From contig OY970208.1 in assembly GCA_963713865.1 (NCBI GenBank), positions 32,001 to 96,000 on the forward strand: a stretch of 64,000 nucleotides of DNA. The letters run 5' to 3'. The stretch comes from an uncultured candidate division Zixibacteria bacterium (GTDB lineage: Bacteria; Zixibacteria; MSB-5A5; RBG-16-43-9). The notes under the pieces were generated by a model. That model was not told where the DNA came from, did no database searches, and saw only the letters and a list, made by a program, of their open reading frames with translations. Shown here piece by piece: positions 19,641 through 30,179 of this stretch. The translations under genes and the position numbers were made by a program. Each line of letters opens with the position of its first letter. Positions within the stretch are counted from its first letter, which is position 1.

Positions 19641-21422
19641 ATGTACGATTTAATTTTGCTCCATCCGCCTAGCGTATATGACTTTCGTAAACGCTCGATT
19701 ATGTTCGGGCCCATAAGTGATGTTATCCCTTCTACTCCGGTATTCGATATGTATCCACTCGGATTTGTCTCCCTTTACTCCTATTTAACTCGCAAGAAAT
19801 TAAAGGTCAGGATAATAAATTTAGCTGTGAAGATGCTTTCCAGCCCGGATTATGATGTAGAGCAAGAGATAAAAAATTTAAAGAGCTTAGCCTTCGGAAT
19901 AGATTTACACTGGCTCCCTCATTCTCAAGGAGGACTGGAAATTGCAAAGCTTATAAAAAAATATCACCCAGATTCAAAAGTAATTTTCGGGGGACTATCT
20001 GCCACCTATTTTCATAAAGAGCTTATTCTTTATCCGCAGGTCGATTTTGTGATAAGAGGTGACTCTGCAGAGAACCCTCTTTACAGATTAATTCAGGCAC
20101 TAAAAGGAAAAGAAGGGTTATTCTCCGTGCCAAATCTCACTTACAAGGATAAAATAAATGAGGTTCGGATAAACTCCTTGACTTTCATCCCCGAAAACTT
20201 AAACGGCATTGGGCTGGATTACCCTCATCTGATAAGAGCAATTTTAAGAGACAAAGACCTCTTAGGTTATTTCCCGTTTTATGATTGGGGAAGATACCCT
20301 ATCACCGCTATCTTTACCTGCAAGGGGTGTACTCAAAACTGCACCTCCTGCGGCGGCTCTTCCTTTGCCTATTCTAATTTCTGCCTGAGAGATAAGCCAG
20401 CTTTTAGAGATCCGGAGTTAGTGGTTAAAGACCTACAGAAGACCACTTTTTTCTTCAAGGGACCGATTTTCCTCTTAGGAGACCTGCTTCAGCCAGGAGA
20501 AAGCTATGCTTACCAGATTTTGAGCCTGCTCAAAAAAACGAAGATAAAAAATCAGGTGGTGATAGAATTCTTTGACATCCCCCCTGATAAATTTTTGTAC
20601 CAGGTAGCTCAAGCCATCCCGAATTTCAATATCCAGATCTCAGCCGAATCCCACGACCCGCTGGTCCGATCTTCTTTTCAGAGAAATTATGATAATTCTG
20701 CTCTGGAAAAATTTATTGAACATTCTTTAAAAGCTAACTGTAGAAAATTCGACCTTTTCTTTATGATCGGGCTTCCCCATCAGACCTATGACTCTGTGTT
20801 AGAGACTATAAAATACTGCGATTATCTTCTGGATAAATTTAATTCTCAAAAAAGGCTTTTTCCTTATATCTCGCCTTTAGCTCCCTTTCTTGACCCGGGC
20901 AGTCTGATTTTTGAAAATCCTGAAAAATACGGCTATAAGCTTATATTCCGGACATTGGAGGAACATAGAAAAGCCTTAGAAAGCCCCAGCTGGAGATATA
21001 TGCTCAATTACCAGACTGAATGGATGAGCCGGGAGGAGATAGTCTCTTGCACCTATGATGCCGCATCTAAGATGAATCATATTAAATATAAACACAATCT
21101 GCTTGATGAGAGAACCTATAAAAAGATAGAAAATAGAATAAGAACAGCGGTTCTGGTGATGAGGAAAATCGACCGGATGATCGAGGAGGGGAATAACGTA
21201 CCCGACTTTGGATCCGCAGGAGATGAAGCTGAGCTTAAAAGACTCGAAGCCCGGTCAGATTTAACCTGTGATCCCACGCTCTGTGAAAAGAGCGAGTTAG
21301 AATGGCCCCTGCGCTTTTTCCAGGGGAATATGCAGAAGCGGATGTTTAAATATGCTTTTTATTTTCTAACTCTGCTTAATTTCTTACGAAGACCTTTCTC
21401 AGGACATAAAAGATTAGTCTGA
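19641..21422 (+). CDS. B12-binding domain/radical SAM protein (TIGR04190-like)
   Basis: LLHPPSVYDFR N-terminus, DLHWLPH, CTQNCTSC radical SAM motif. Confidence 0.85.
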   Translation: MYDLILLHPPSVYDFRKRSIMFGPISDVIPSTPVFDMYPLGFVSLYSYLTRKKLKVRIINLAVKMLSSPDYDVEQEIKNLKSLAFGIDLHWLPHSQGGLEIAKLIKKYHPDSKVIFGGLSATYFHKELILYPQVDFVIRGDSAENPLYRLIQALKGKEGLFSVPNLTYKDKINEVRINSLTFIPENLNGIGLDYPHLIRAILRDKDLLGYFPFYDWGRYPITAIFTCKGCTQNCTSCGGSSFAYSNFCLRDKPAFRDPELVVKDLQKTTFFFKGPIFLLGDLLQPGESYAYQILSLLKKTKIKNQVVIEFFDIPPDKFLYQVAQAIPNFNIQISAESHDPLVRSSFQRNYDNSALEKFIEHSLKANCRKFDLFFMIGLPHQTYDSVLETIKYCDYLLDKFNSQKRLFPYISPLAPFLDPGSLIFENPEKYGYKLIFRTLEEHRKALESPSWRYMLNYQTEWMSREEIVSCTYDAASKMNHIKYKHNLLDERTYKKIENRIRTAVLVMRKIDRMIEEGNNVPDFGSAGDEAELKRLEARSDLTCDPTLCEKSELEWPLRFFQGNMQKRMFKYAFYFLTLLNFLRRPFSGHKRLV

Positions 21423-22251
21423 ATAAAACAGTTAAAAGCAATACCGCTCCAGAAAAATAAACTAAAATCTTATTTAAAATCCCCTTTTTATACTTGAAAA
21501 GAAATCTGAAAAAACTCAGATGAGCAGATAATATCATTTCGGGTTTAACCTTCTGAGTCGAGCCTCCTTTATAATGAAAAGCTTTAGCCTCAGGGAAAAA
21601 ATAAAGTTTCCCTCCATTCTTTTTCATCCGGTAGCACAAATCCACGTCATTAAAATAAATGGGAAACCTTTCATCTAAAATCCCAATCCTTTCCAAAATC
21701 TTCCTGCTCAGAAGAAGGCAGGAGCCCATTGGCTGGTCAACCTCTCTGGGGGATTGAAAATCAAAATAACCCATCCTCCATCTGCCGAAAATCCTGCTTT
21801 CGGGGAAAAGATAGCTCAAGCCGGAAATCTCCCAGAGGAGGATTGAAAAATCAGGGAACTCCCTGCAGGAAGGCTGAATGGTTCCATTTAGATTCAAAAG
21901 CTGAGGTCCCAGACCATCAATATCTGTATGCTTTTCCATAAAATCAAGCATTAGTTGAAGGCATTTTTCTTTCAACTCCACATCCGGGTTTAAAAGTAAA
22001 ATATACTCGCCTCTGGCAATTTCTATCCCTTGATTATTCCCCCTGGCATACCCCAGATTTGTCTGATTGAGGACAGGTTTAACCAAAGGTTCAAATTCCT
22101 GGACAATCTTTACAGTTTCATCCTGAGATCCATTATCTATAACTATCACCTCTAACTCTATAGAGCCTTTGGTATTGAAAATAGATTGCAGGCAGTTTTT
22201 GATAAACTCTTCACTGTTCCAGGTAACGATGATAATAGAAAGTAAAGGCAT
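21376..22251 (-). CDS. Glycosyltransferase family 2
   Basis: SIIIVTWNS, VIDNGSQD, LLLNPD, DVDLCYR. Confidence 0.9.
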   Translation of the reverse strand: MPLLSIIIVTWNSEEFIKNCLQSIFNTKGSIELEVIVIDNGSQDETVKIVQEFEPLVKPVLNQTNLGYARGNNQGIEIARGEYILLLNPDVELKEKCLQLMLDFMEKHTDIDGLGPQLLNLNGTIQPSCREFPDFSILLWEISGLSYLFPESRIFGRWRMGYFDFQSPREVDQPMGSCLLLSRKILERIGILDERFPIYFNDVDLCYRMKKNGGKLYFFPEAKAFHYKGGSTQKVKPEMILSAHLSFFRFLFKYKKGILNKILVYFSGAVLLLTVLFRLIFYVLRKVFVRN

Positions 22252-22254
22252 AAT

Positions 22255-23631
22255 TTATTTTTTCACTGCTGCATCAAAGAGTTGAGCCAGTTTTGAAGTT
22301 AAATATTTTCTCTCATACTTTTTCAGTTTTTCTGGATCCGCTTTCAAAAACTGTTTCCCGCTCTCAGATTCCCTATAGTAATTCATTATTATCTCCTCTA
22401 TTCCTGAAATATTTTCCGGTGAAACGACTTTGCCGGCTGAAAGTGTCTCAATCAGCCTGCCTGCTTCTCCATTTTGGGGGACAATTCCCAGGATTGGTAT
22501 CTGAGCTCCTAAATATTCAAATATTTTACCTGTGGTTATCACCGGAGCAGATTCTGCAACACTCAGCAGGGCCAGATCTGATTTAAGTAATTCCACAATA
22601 CCTTCTTTATGAGGCAGATATCCCCTTAATTCCACGATTTCTTTTAATCCATATTCCTCTATTAATCTTTCTATGTTTATCCCTATGGAGATCCCGACAT
22701 CGATAAATTTAATTTTATCTTTATTGAGTCTCCCCTGTTGCAAAAGATTATGCAATGCCTTAAAAAAAGGCTCAGGTGGACAATCAGGGCTGAACGTGCC
22801 GAAATAGATTATCCTGAAAATGATTTTTTCTTTTTCGACTTTTATTTCAAAATCCTTTTGGTCATAGCCGTTGGGGATGAGCTCAATTTTTGGGATTCGG
22901 GGATAGAGGTCTTTAATCTCGGCTGTTATCATCTGATTTACCCCAACCAGTGCATCTGCGTTTTTCGAGAATATCTTTTGCAGATATTTTAAAAGAAACT
23001 TTTTGGAAAAGGGAACACCTTTTCTATTCTCAGTGGCTGAATAGGAGTCACGGTAATCTGCCACCCACTTAATCCGGGTGATTTTTTTCAGGAGTAAACC
23101 TACCAGATGACAGGTTAAAGGAGGAGAGGTGGAGAAAATAAGGTCAATCTTCTCCTTTCTGCAAAGCTTGATTCCATTTATCAGTGCAAAAGGTGACCAG
23201 TCAACTTTATTATCTGGGAAATAGAAAATATCAATAAATTTTAGCAAGCTCGAAGGAAAAAATTTAAATTTTTTCCTTTTTGAATTTCGTAGTTCGACCC
23301 TGCCTGTCCCGCCGCAGGCGGGATCAGGGTCGATTGTTTTTTTCCCGTAACTCTTTTTTCTTTGGAACAATTTTTTGAAAAGAAATATCATTCTTAAGGG
23401 ATCAAGTGAGCCTGTCCTTTTAATCTTTATTTCTTCAGGTAGTTCTTTCAAAAGCGAATCATCCTGGCTGAAATATTGAATATCTTTAACCGTTAGAACA
23501 ATTGGCTCCCAGCCAAAGGATGGAAGATATTTAACGAATTTAGAGACCCTCTGCACCCCTCCCATACCCAAGGGCGGGAAATAGTAAGCAATTATCAGAA
23601 CCTTTTTATTCTGGTCGTTAGTTATATTCAT
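22255..23631 (-). CDS. Glycosyltransferase family 4, containing an in-frame palindromic insertion
   Basis: IAYYFPPLGMGGVQR, STSPP, IPNGYD, GKIFEYLGA. Confidence 0.88.
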   Translation of the reverse strand: MNITNDQNKKVLIIAYYFPPLGMGGVQRVSKFVKYLPSFGWEPIVLTVKDIQYFSQDDSLLKELPEEIKIKRTGSLDPLRMIFLFKKLFQRKKSYGKKTIDPDPACGGTGRVELRNSKRKKFKFFPSSLLKFIDIFYFPDNKVDWSPFALINGIKLCRKEKIDLIFSTSPPLTCHLVGLLLKKITRIKWVADYRDSYSATENRKGVPFSKKFLLKYLQKIFSKNADALVGVNQMITAEIKDLYPRIPKIELIPNGYDQKDFEIKVEKEKIIFRIIYFGTFSPDCPPEPFFKALHNLLQQGRLNKDKIKFIDVGISIGINIERLIEEYGLKEIVELRGYLPHKEGIVELLKSDLALLSVAESAPVITTGKIFEYLGAQIPILGIVPQNGEAGRLIETLSAGKVVSPENISGIEEIIMNYYRESESGKQFLKADPEKLKKYERKYLTSKLAQLFDAAVKK

Positions 23632-24695
23632 CTTCTAAATATTTCTAAGAATTTATTTTCGATCATTTTCATGTTCTCTTCCCACAAAGCTCTTTCTTTA
23701 ATAATCTTCTGATTTTCCATCTGGAGTTTTTCTATGTTTTTGAAATCATTCATCATCCAGACAATTTTTTGAGCTAAAGCCTGGTAATCCCCTGCTGGAA
23801 ATATAAAGCCATTCTTTCCCTCTTCTATCCATTCCCGATTACCCGGAATATCCGATACCACTGGCAAAAGCCCCGAGGCCATAGCCTCTAAAAGGGAAAC
23901 TGAGGTGCTATCCGATAGAGAAGTTGAGATATATATATCCGCTTTCTGCAAACAATTTTCCAACTCCTCCCTGGATACATATCCCTTGAATTCAATATTT
24001 TTTTCTATTCCCAAATCTAAAGATAGTTTGACCAGCTCTTCTTTTTGACTCCCCTCTCCGATTATCCAGAACTTAATATTTTTATGACTCTGATAAACAA
24101 CTAATGGTATTGCCTTAATCAGGGTTTTTAAATCGTAAACCGGTTCAAGACTTCTTATGCTCAATATAATTATCTCCTCTTTATCCTTAAGATAATCTTT
24201 CCGTTCTTTTAATAATTTCTGTTCAACCCCCATCGGAGCAAGAACTATTTTATCTTTTCCCACACCTAAATCATTCAACTCCTGGAATATATTCATTCCG
24301 TCACAGGTTACCAGATCAGCTTTTGAGAGAACATATTTAGTTCTCGTCCTGTGAAAAAAAGTTTTTTTTGAGGAGATAAGAACATCGGAACCCCAGGCTG
24401 ATACCACCAAAGGCTTTCTTTTAGATAACGCTCCTAAAAACCCATAATTGGAAATAAAATGGGCATTGACCAGATTCGGCTCAATTTCTTTGATAATTTT
24501 TTTTAATTGAGGTAGCGCTAAAAGATATTTAAGAAAAGGGTATTCAGTTTTAGGAGAAATAAAAATCTCATAAGCTTTAGTCCCTTGACTTTTTTCTAAA
24601 GAGAAAAGATATGTCTCATACCCCCGATTTACAAAATAATCCACCCATCTTTTAGTATGAAAGCTTCTTGCATCTGAGAGAAATAATAACTTCAT
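23628..24695 (-). CDS. Glycosyltransferase family 4
   Basis: HTKRW, WGSDV, SVSLLEAMASGLLPVVSDIPGNREW. Confidence 0.9.
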   Translation of the reverse strand: MKLLFLSDARSFHTKRWVDYFVNRGYETYLFSLEKSQGTKAYEIFISPKTEYPFLKYLLALPQLKKIIKEIEPNLVNAHFISNYGFLGALSKRKPLVVSAWGSDVLISSKKTFFHRTRTKYVLSKADLVTCDGMNIFQELNDLGVGKDKIVLAPMGVEQKLLKERKDYLKDKEEIIILSIRSLEPVYDLKTLIKAIPLVVYQSHKNIKFWIIGEGSQKEELVKLSLDLGIEKNIEFKGYVSREELENCLQKADIYISTSLSDSTSVSLLEAMASGLLPVVSDIPGNREWIEEGKNGFIFPAGDYQALAQKIVWMMNDFKNIEKLQMENQKIIKERALWEENMKMIENKFLEIFRR

Positions 24696-24750
24696 TTAAA
24701 TTCTTTAACTATCTTCATATACAGAGTTAGGACAGAACACTGTTCTGTCC

Positions 24751-25727
24751 CTACAAAATTCTCTTTAATTTTTCCGCAGTTTTATACCAGAATCTTTTCT
24801 TAGAATAGATAAGATACTCTTTTTTTTCACCCCCCCAGGCTTCTTTGAATCTCACTAAACCCTCTGCACTTTTAGGAGAGCCTCCAAAATTATAATACCT
24901 ATATCCCTGAGAAAGCCCCCACCGGATTGCATCCGAGAATAAGGCATCATTGGGCCTGAGACTCAAAGCCTCAAGCTCGGAGGCACTTCCCAGTAATAGA
25001 GCGTATCTTTGAAAAGGAAATTTATCTGAAAAGCGATGATCTGATTCTCAATTTTAGCCACCCTCCACAAAATCTCTTTTTCAGTTTCAAGGATATTCCA
25101 GATATTTTCATATAAGCCCAGTGGATATTTAGATTTCTTTAATCCAAATCGTTTATCTCTTTTCAGAATTAGATTATAACAATCTCTGATTTTTTCAGAT
25201 GAGGAAAGAGGAACCACCTGCACCCCTTTTTTCTCTGCCTGGATTGCCCCCCGTTTAGCTTTATGCACTGGGTTATTAACGTATTTAGATAAATCCAGTA
25301 TATGTGTATATCCTTTAACTGATTTGTATCCATACTCGCTCAAGCTATTTTGGTTTCCAAAAAAATCTATCACCTCTGCGCTTACTAGCTTGAGTTCCTT
25401 AAACTCATTCTCGATTATTTCATAAAATCCTTTTTCTTTTTCTAAAGCTAAATTCTTTCCGGGTACAAACCCTCCATAGGTACCAAAAGGCATCGAATAT
25501 AACCTTTTCAACCTGTACTTATCAGAGAGGATAAAGGGGAATCCGGCGATATAATCACCTTTTTCGTCTGTACAAACCATAAAAAACGGGGTAAAATATA
25601 CAAAACTGGAAAACCAGATTTTTGCCCAGGAAGACTTATGATAAAAAGTACTGAAAGGAGAACCTGATAAAAGCTCTTCCCACTTTACCTCATCCAGCTC
25701 CCCTAAATAGAGAAGCTTACATTCCAT
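24751..25727 (-). CDS. FemAB/GNAT-like acetyltransferase domain protein, one base missing at ~24986
   Basis: TFYH...W, SMPFGTYGG; adding one G gives YYWEGASELEALSLRPNDAL...YNFGGS...LVRFKEAWG. Confidence 0.78.
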
Positions 25728-25733
25728 AATTTC

Positions 25734-27962
25734 CTATTCGCGAATAACCACGATTTTACCAGAACAGCTGCCTCGCTGGTCATCGTACAAAAGAAAAAGG
25801 TAAATCCCTGATGCCACCAATTTCCCTGCCCGATTCCTCAGATCCCATTCCTTGCCAATCCCTCCGATTTTAGATTCAGCCTCTGCTACCCAATCGCCAG
25901 CTACCGTATATATCCTGATTCTGGTTTCAAGCGGGACATCAAAAGTTACTTTTTCTTCCCCACTTCTTATAACTACCGGGTTAGGATAAGGGTGGACCTG
26001 ACAGAGATTCTCTGCTGGAACTTTATACTGATAAGAGGAAAGTCCATTCTCAGTTCCTATCCACACCCTTCCTCTTTTACCATCTATATTTATGAAATTA
26101 ATCTGGTCGTCCACCAATTTACTATTGGTCGTGGTGAATACAAAGACAAAGGAATCCAGATCGTTCATCACCCCTACACCGTTAACCGTGCCAATCCATT
26201 TGTTGTTCATCTCATCCACTGCTATACAATTCACCTGAGGACCTAAAGGCTCTGGCATCTGTACTCCTCTGAACCTGCGAATATCCGGGTCATACCTATC
26301 TAATCCTGCATTAGTCCCTACCCAGAGGCTCCCCTTCAGGTCTATTATAACAGATTTGACTTCACTTCCGGAGAGATAATCTTCTGCCTGGGTATAATAG
26401 TGTAAGGTGTCATCCCTTTTATCCTGGACTGTACCCATATAATCAAGAAAACCCAAACCGGCATTCCGGTGACAGATCCATAGATGCCCTCCTTCAGCGT
26501 AAAGTGAGTTTATCAGACTATCTCTTATCCCGTCTGAAATAAGATATGGTGTCCAGATGTTATTCTGTAAAGCCACCACGCGTCTTCCTTCTATCGCTTC
26601 CCAATTAGCTATCCATTTAGCTCCAGCCCTATCCACCACTACATCACTTACCACCGTGTATAAAGGATTAGGATGAATGGGTCTCAGCTCGCTATTGCTG
26701 GAATCAAACCTGGACCAGGTTCCCTGTGAATCTAATCTGAAAAGCCCATCCCCAAAGGAACCAAACCAAACATTTCCTTCAAGGTCTAATGCCACACATG
26801 CCATCCAGGGCCAGCGTGTAACAAGGGAATCACTAAAAAGGGTATGTAGAGTATCCTGAAATGCTATCCAGTTCACCCCATCAAAGGAAGAGCATCCTGA
26901 ATTCCAGTTTGAACACCAGAGCTTGCCACCCTCATCCACAGCTATTTTATTAAAGATATTTCCAGGAGGACCATCGATTTCGAAGTTTGTCCAGAAGGAA
27001 TTAGCATAAACTGAAATCCCGGACCCTTCGGTCCCTACCCAGATTTTATCGGAATTATCGATTCTTACTGAGTTTAGATTACCGTTCTTTAAACTATCCA
27101 TGTTAACTTGAGACCAGTTTCCATTTTCATAAACATAGACCCCCCAGCTTGTAGCGGTGAAAATTCTACCTGAGTTATAAACTAAATCGCGCACTATAAG
27201 ATTGTCCAATCCCCAAAAAGTCCAGCTTGAATCTGTGCTATTAAATTTAAAAACTCCATCTTTCGTTCCGATATAGACTTCTTCGTTAACATTTAAAATA
27301 GTAAGGATAGAATCGTTGGAAAGTCCTCTTTGACCAGCTACAAAGGAATACCAGTGAGAATAATCTAAGAGATTAGGATCGTCCTTAGGAGCAAAAGCTA
27401 CTCCTTTAGCTGACCCCACCCAAACCTTTGTGGGTGTAAGGGCAATTGAATTGACTTCGGTTTCCTCATCTATATTTCCGAAATGCCGATAAGTTTCCTT
27501 TATTTCCCCTTCGTTTCTGTAAATTAAAAAAAGGCTTACTCCTTTGTTCAACCCCACCCAGAGTTTGTCTTCATCCGGGGCAATATATTTTACATTAAGT
27601 CTTGTTCCGTCCCGGTCGATGAAATCATAAACCCGTAAGGCGAACCCTTCTGAATCGTATTTAGTTAATGTCCCATTCTTAGCTCCAAACCAGAAATTTC
27701 CGGCTGTATCAACTGCAACAGAATAAAGATAATTCCCACCCAAATCTTCCACATTGGTAATCTTCTGATAGGTGTTATCGAAAGTTTTAAATTTTATCAA
27801 CCCTCCAGTAGTAGCCACCCAGAGGAAGCTATCTTTTAAAAGGAGCTGTTTAGCATAATTCATATTAGTATAAGTAGCCCAATCCCCCACTGTAGAATAA
27901 ACCGGACTCGAAAAGATTAAAACCCAGAACCAAATATAAATTAGTCTTTTCATTTTTATCAC
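25734..27962 (-). CDS. Secreted PorZ-like/two-component-regulator-propeller beta-propeller protein with T9SS-like C-terminal domain
   Basis: Signal peptide, repeated D..G..WIGT..GL blades, C-terminal PYPNP...WDLRN..G..VASGIY...KIVVIR. Confidence 0.75.
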   Translation of the reverse strand: MIKMKRLIYIWFWVLIFSSPVYSTVGDWATYTNMNYAKQLLLKDSFLWVATTGGLIKFKTFDNTYQKITNVEDLGGNYLYSVAVDTAGNFWFGAKNGTLTKYDSEGFALRVYDFIDRDGTRLNVKYIAPDEDKLWVGLNKGVSLFLIYRNEGEIKETYRHFGNIDEETEVNSIALTPTKVWVGSAKGVAFAPKDDPNLLDYSHWYSFVAGQRGLSNDSILTILNVNEEVYIGTKDGVFKFNSTDSSWTFWGLDNLIVRDLVYNSGRIFTATSWGVYVYENGNWSQVNMDSLKNGNLNSVRIDNSDKIWVGTEGSGISVYANSFWTNFEIDGPPGNIFNKIAVDEGGKLWCSNWNSGCSSFDGVNWIAFQDTLHTLFSDSLVTRWPWMACVALDLEGNVWFGSFGDGLFRLDSQGTWSRFDSSNSELRPIHPNPLYTVVSDVVVDRAGAKWIANWEAIEGRRVVALQNNIWTPYLISDGIRDSLINSLYAEGGHLWICHRNAGLGFLDYMGTVQDKRDDTLHYYTQAEDYLSGSEVKSVIIDLKGSLWVGTNAGLDRYDPDIRRFRGVQMPEPLGPQVNCIAVDEMNNKWIGTVNGVGVMNDLDSFVFVFTTTNSKLVDDQINFINIDGKRGRVWIGTENGLSSYQYKVPAENLCQVHPYPNPVVIRSGEEKVTFDVPLETRIRIYTVAGDWVAEAESKIGGIGKEWDLRNRAGKLVASGIYLFLLYDDQRGSCSGKIVVIRE

Positions 27963-27978
27963 CTTATCGTCTCACTTC

Positions 27979-29484
27979 TCACATCTTACGTCTTACTATT
28001 CTTAAAATACTATACGCTAAAACCAAAACAGAAACCAAAGAAACCCCTTTTGCAAACCAGTCCCCATATCTGGTATAGAAAGTGACCTCTTTTCTTTTGG
28101 AAATATTCCCAGTTAATATATCCTGGACGTAGATTTTAGTTTTTTGCTTAATTCTACCATAAGGGTCAACCAACATCGAGACTCCGGTATTGGCACATCT
28201 GGCAATGCTAATCCGGTTTTCAATTGCCCTGTAAACATTTATCTGGGCATGTTGAAAAGGTCCGCTGGTCTTTCCCCACCAGCCATCATTGGTTATGTTC
28301 ACCAGGAAATCTGCTCCTCTTAACACGAATTTTCGAACTAAATCCGGGAAAACCGCTTCAAAGCAAATCAAAGAGGCAAACTTCCCTTTGGGATTATCAA
28401 AGATAACGTAATCTTTTCCCGGAGTATAATCCGAAATGCCAAATTTTATCTTATAGAGCCAGCCCAGGACATTGGTATATGGCACCCATTCGGATATCGG
28501 AACCAAATGTATTTTATTGTATACTCCGAGATTATCCTGAAAGGGAATGCTAAAACTTTCAGGTACAAAATAAAAAGCGGAGTTAAAGTAAAGATATTTC
28601 CCTTTCTCGATATATTCATAATCATTAGTCCCTAAAACCAGCGGAGTCTGCAGGGAATCAACTAAAGATTTAATCAAGGAAAAATATTTAGGCTCAGCCT
28701 TAAGATAACAGGGAGCTGCAGTCTCCGGCCATAAGATCAGGTCAACCTTTTGAGAAACCTTTTTGGTCATATCTACAAAAACTTTAAAGTTATAATCCAG
28801 AAACTTCTCATCCCATTTAATATCCTGGGGTATATTCCCCTGAATTAAGGCTACACTTATCTTTTCACTATTTTCTTTTTGATTCAAAACCGTCTTCCCG
28901 TAAAAATACGGAATTAAAAACAAAAGTAAAACCATAGCCATATAAGTTAAAACCTTCTTAGGATAACCGAAATTTTTAATAAATAAAAATATAAGCAGAT
29001 TAATCCAAACGATCCAGAAGGATACACCATAGTTCCCTATTAAAGAAGCATATTGAATTAAACTTAGATAGTAGGTCTGGGTATAAGATAGATTTAGCCA
29101 GGGAAAACCTATGTCATAGAGTGACCTTCCATATTCCATTAAAATCCATAAAAAAGGCATAAAGAAAATAGCTTTTTCTTTAAAGCTTTTTTGAACCCAG
29201 GAATAGAATAGAAAAAGTAAGGCAGTATAAAAAGATAAAGCCAAAATCGCTCCTATAACTCCCGGAAGCGTCGCCCAGGCAATCCAGAATAGAAGCAGAG
29301 AATTAGTAACCAGCCCCCAGATATAACCCAGTTTAAAAGACTCCCACCCACTCTTATCCTCTAAAGCAAAAAACAGAAAAACTAAAGCAAAATAAGCCAG
29401 AAACCCCGAAGGAAAAGGAGGAAAGGATAATGAGAATAAAATAGCGGAGATTGAAATAAAAAGAAGAGTTTTTTTAGAGGTCAT
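27979..29484 (-). CDS. lnt: Apolipoprotein N-acyltransferase
   Basis: Multi-TM N-terminus, QGNI, WPETA, KIHLVP, ICFE, TNDGWW, ANTGVS. Confidence 0.95.
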   Translation of the reverse strand: MTSKKTLLFISISAILFSLSFPPFPSGFLAYFALVFLFFALEDKSGWESFKLGYIWGLVTNSLLLFWIAWATLPGVIGAILALSFYTALLFLFYSWVQKSFKEKAIFFMPFLWILMEYGRSLYDIGFPWLNLSYTQTYYLSLIQYASLIGNYGVSFWIVWINLLIFLFIKNFGYPKKVLTYMAMVLLLFLIPYFYGKTVLNQKENSEKISVALIQGNIPQDIKWDEKFLDYNFKVFVDMTKKVSQKVDLILWPETAAPCYLKAEPKYFSLIKSLVDSLQTPLVLGTNDYEYIEKGKYLYFNSAFYFVPESFSIPFQDNLGVYNKIHLVPISEWVPYTNVLGWLYKIKFGISDYTPGKDYVIFDNPKGKFASLICFEAVFPDLVRKFVLRGADFLVNITNDGWWGKTSGPFQHAQINVYRAIENRISIARCANTGVSMLVDPYGRIKQKTKIYVQDILTGNISKRKEVTFYTRYGDWFAKGVSLVSVLVLAYSILRIVRRKM

Positions 29485-29530
29485 TAGAAACCATAAAGAC
29501 GTATCGAATGCGTCTCTTTAATTTTTTTAA

Positions 29531-30100
29531 TTACTCTTTTCTGCTTTTATTATTCTGATTTTCCTCATCCAATTGCCATTTCAATGGGTTGTATAAAATA
29601 TATTCCCTGATCTCATGCAATTCTTTTTCATTTCTGATAATATGGTCATAAAATCTGGATTGCCAGGCAAAATTAACAAATCCCTTCTTGTGAATTTTTC
29701 TGACCGTTGCTGATTTAAATCCACGAATGACGTTTGATAAATTGCTCCTTTGTAGAGATGCATTGAATGCATCTCCAAAAGGTATATGCCGGTGTAGAGA
29801 CGCATGGCCATGCGTCTCTACGTTGTTTTCGTTCTGTATTATAACAATCCCGTGCAAATGATTGGGCATTATCACCCATTCATCCAATTTCACATAACCC
29901 CTAATTTTTTCACTATTCTGCCATTCTTCAGCAACTATTTCCCCAATCTCTGACAATTGCATCTTATCACCTATAATATCACCTAAGAAATGTTTTTTGT
30001 CCTTGGTACAGATTGTAACAAAATAATACCCATAGCGAGAATAATCCCAGTCTTTTAGGCGGGTGGATTCAATGCGGTATTGGTTTTTGAATAAGGTCAT
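29531..30100 (-). CDS. REP-associated Y1 (HUH) tyrosine transposase, RAYT-like
   Basis: YFVTICT, IMPNHLHGI (HUH), WQSRFYDHIIR, YILYNP (catalytic Tyr); flanked by and containing AGAGACGCAT..ATGCGTCTCT palindromes. Confidence 0.9.
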   Translation of the reverse strand: MTLFKNQYRIESTRLKDWDYSRYGYYFVTICTKDKKHFLGDIIGDKMQLSEIGEIVAEEWQNSEKIRGYVKLDEWVIMPNHLHGIVIIQNENNVETHGHASLHRHIPFGDAFNASLQRSNLSNVIRGFKSATVRKIHKKGFVNFAWQSRFYDHIIRNEKELHEIREYILYNPLKWQLDEENQNNKSRKE

Positions 30101-30179
30101 TTAAAATTTACTTTTAAAAAGAAATTATGATTGCTTCAAAGTATAAAATATATGTCTATATAAATATTTCATTAAAGAT

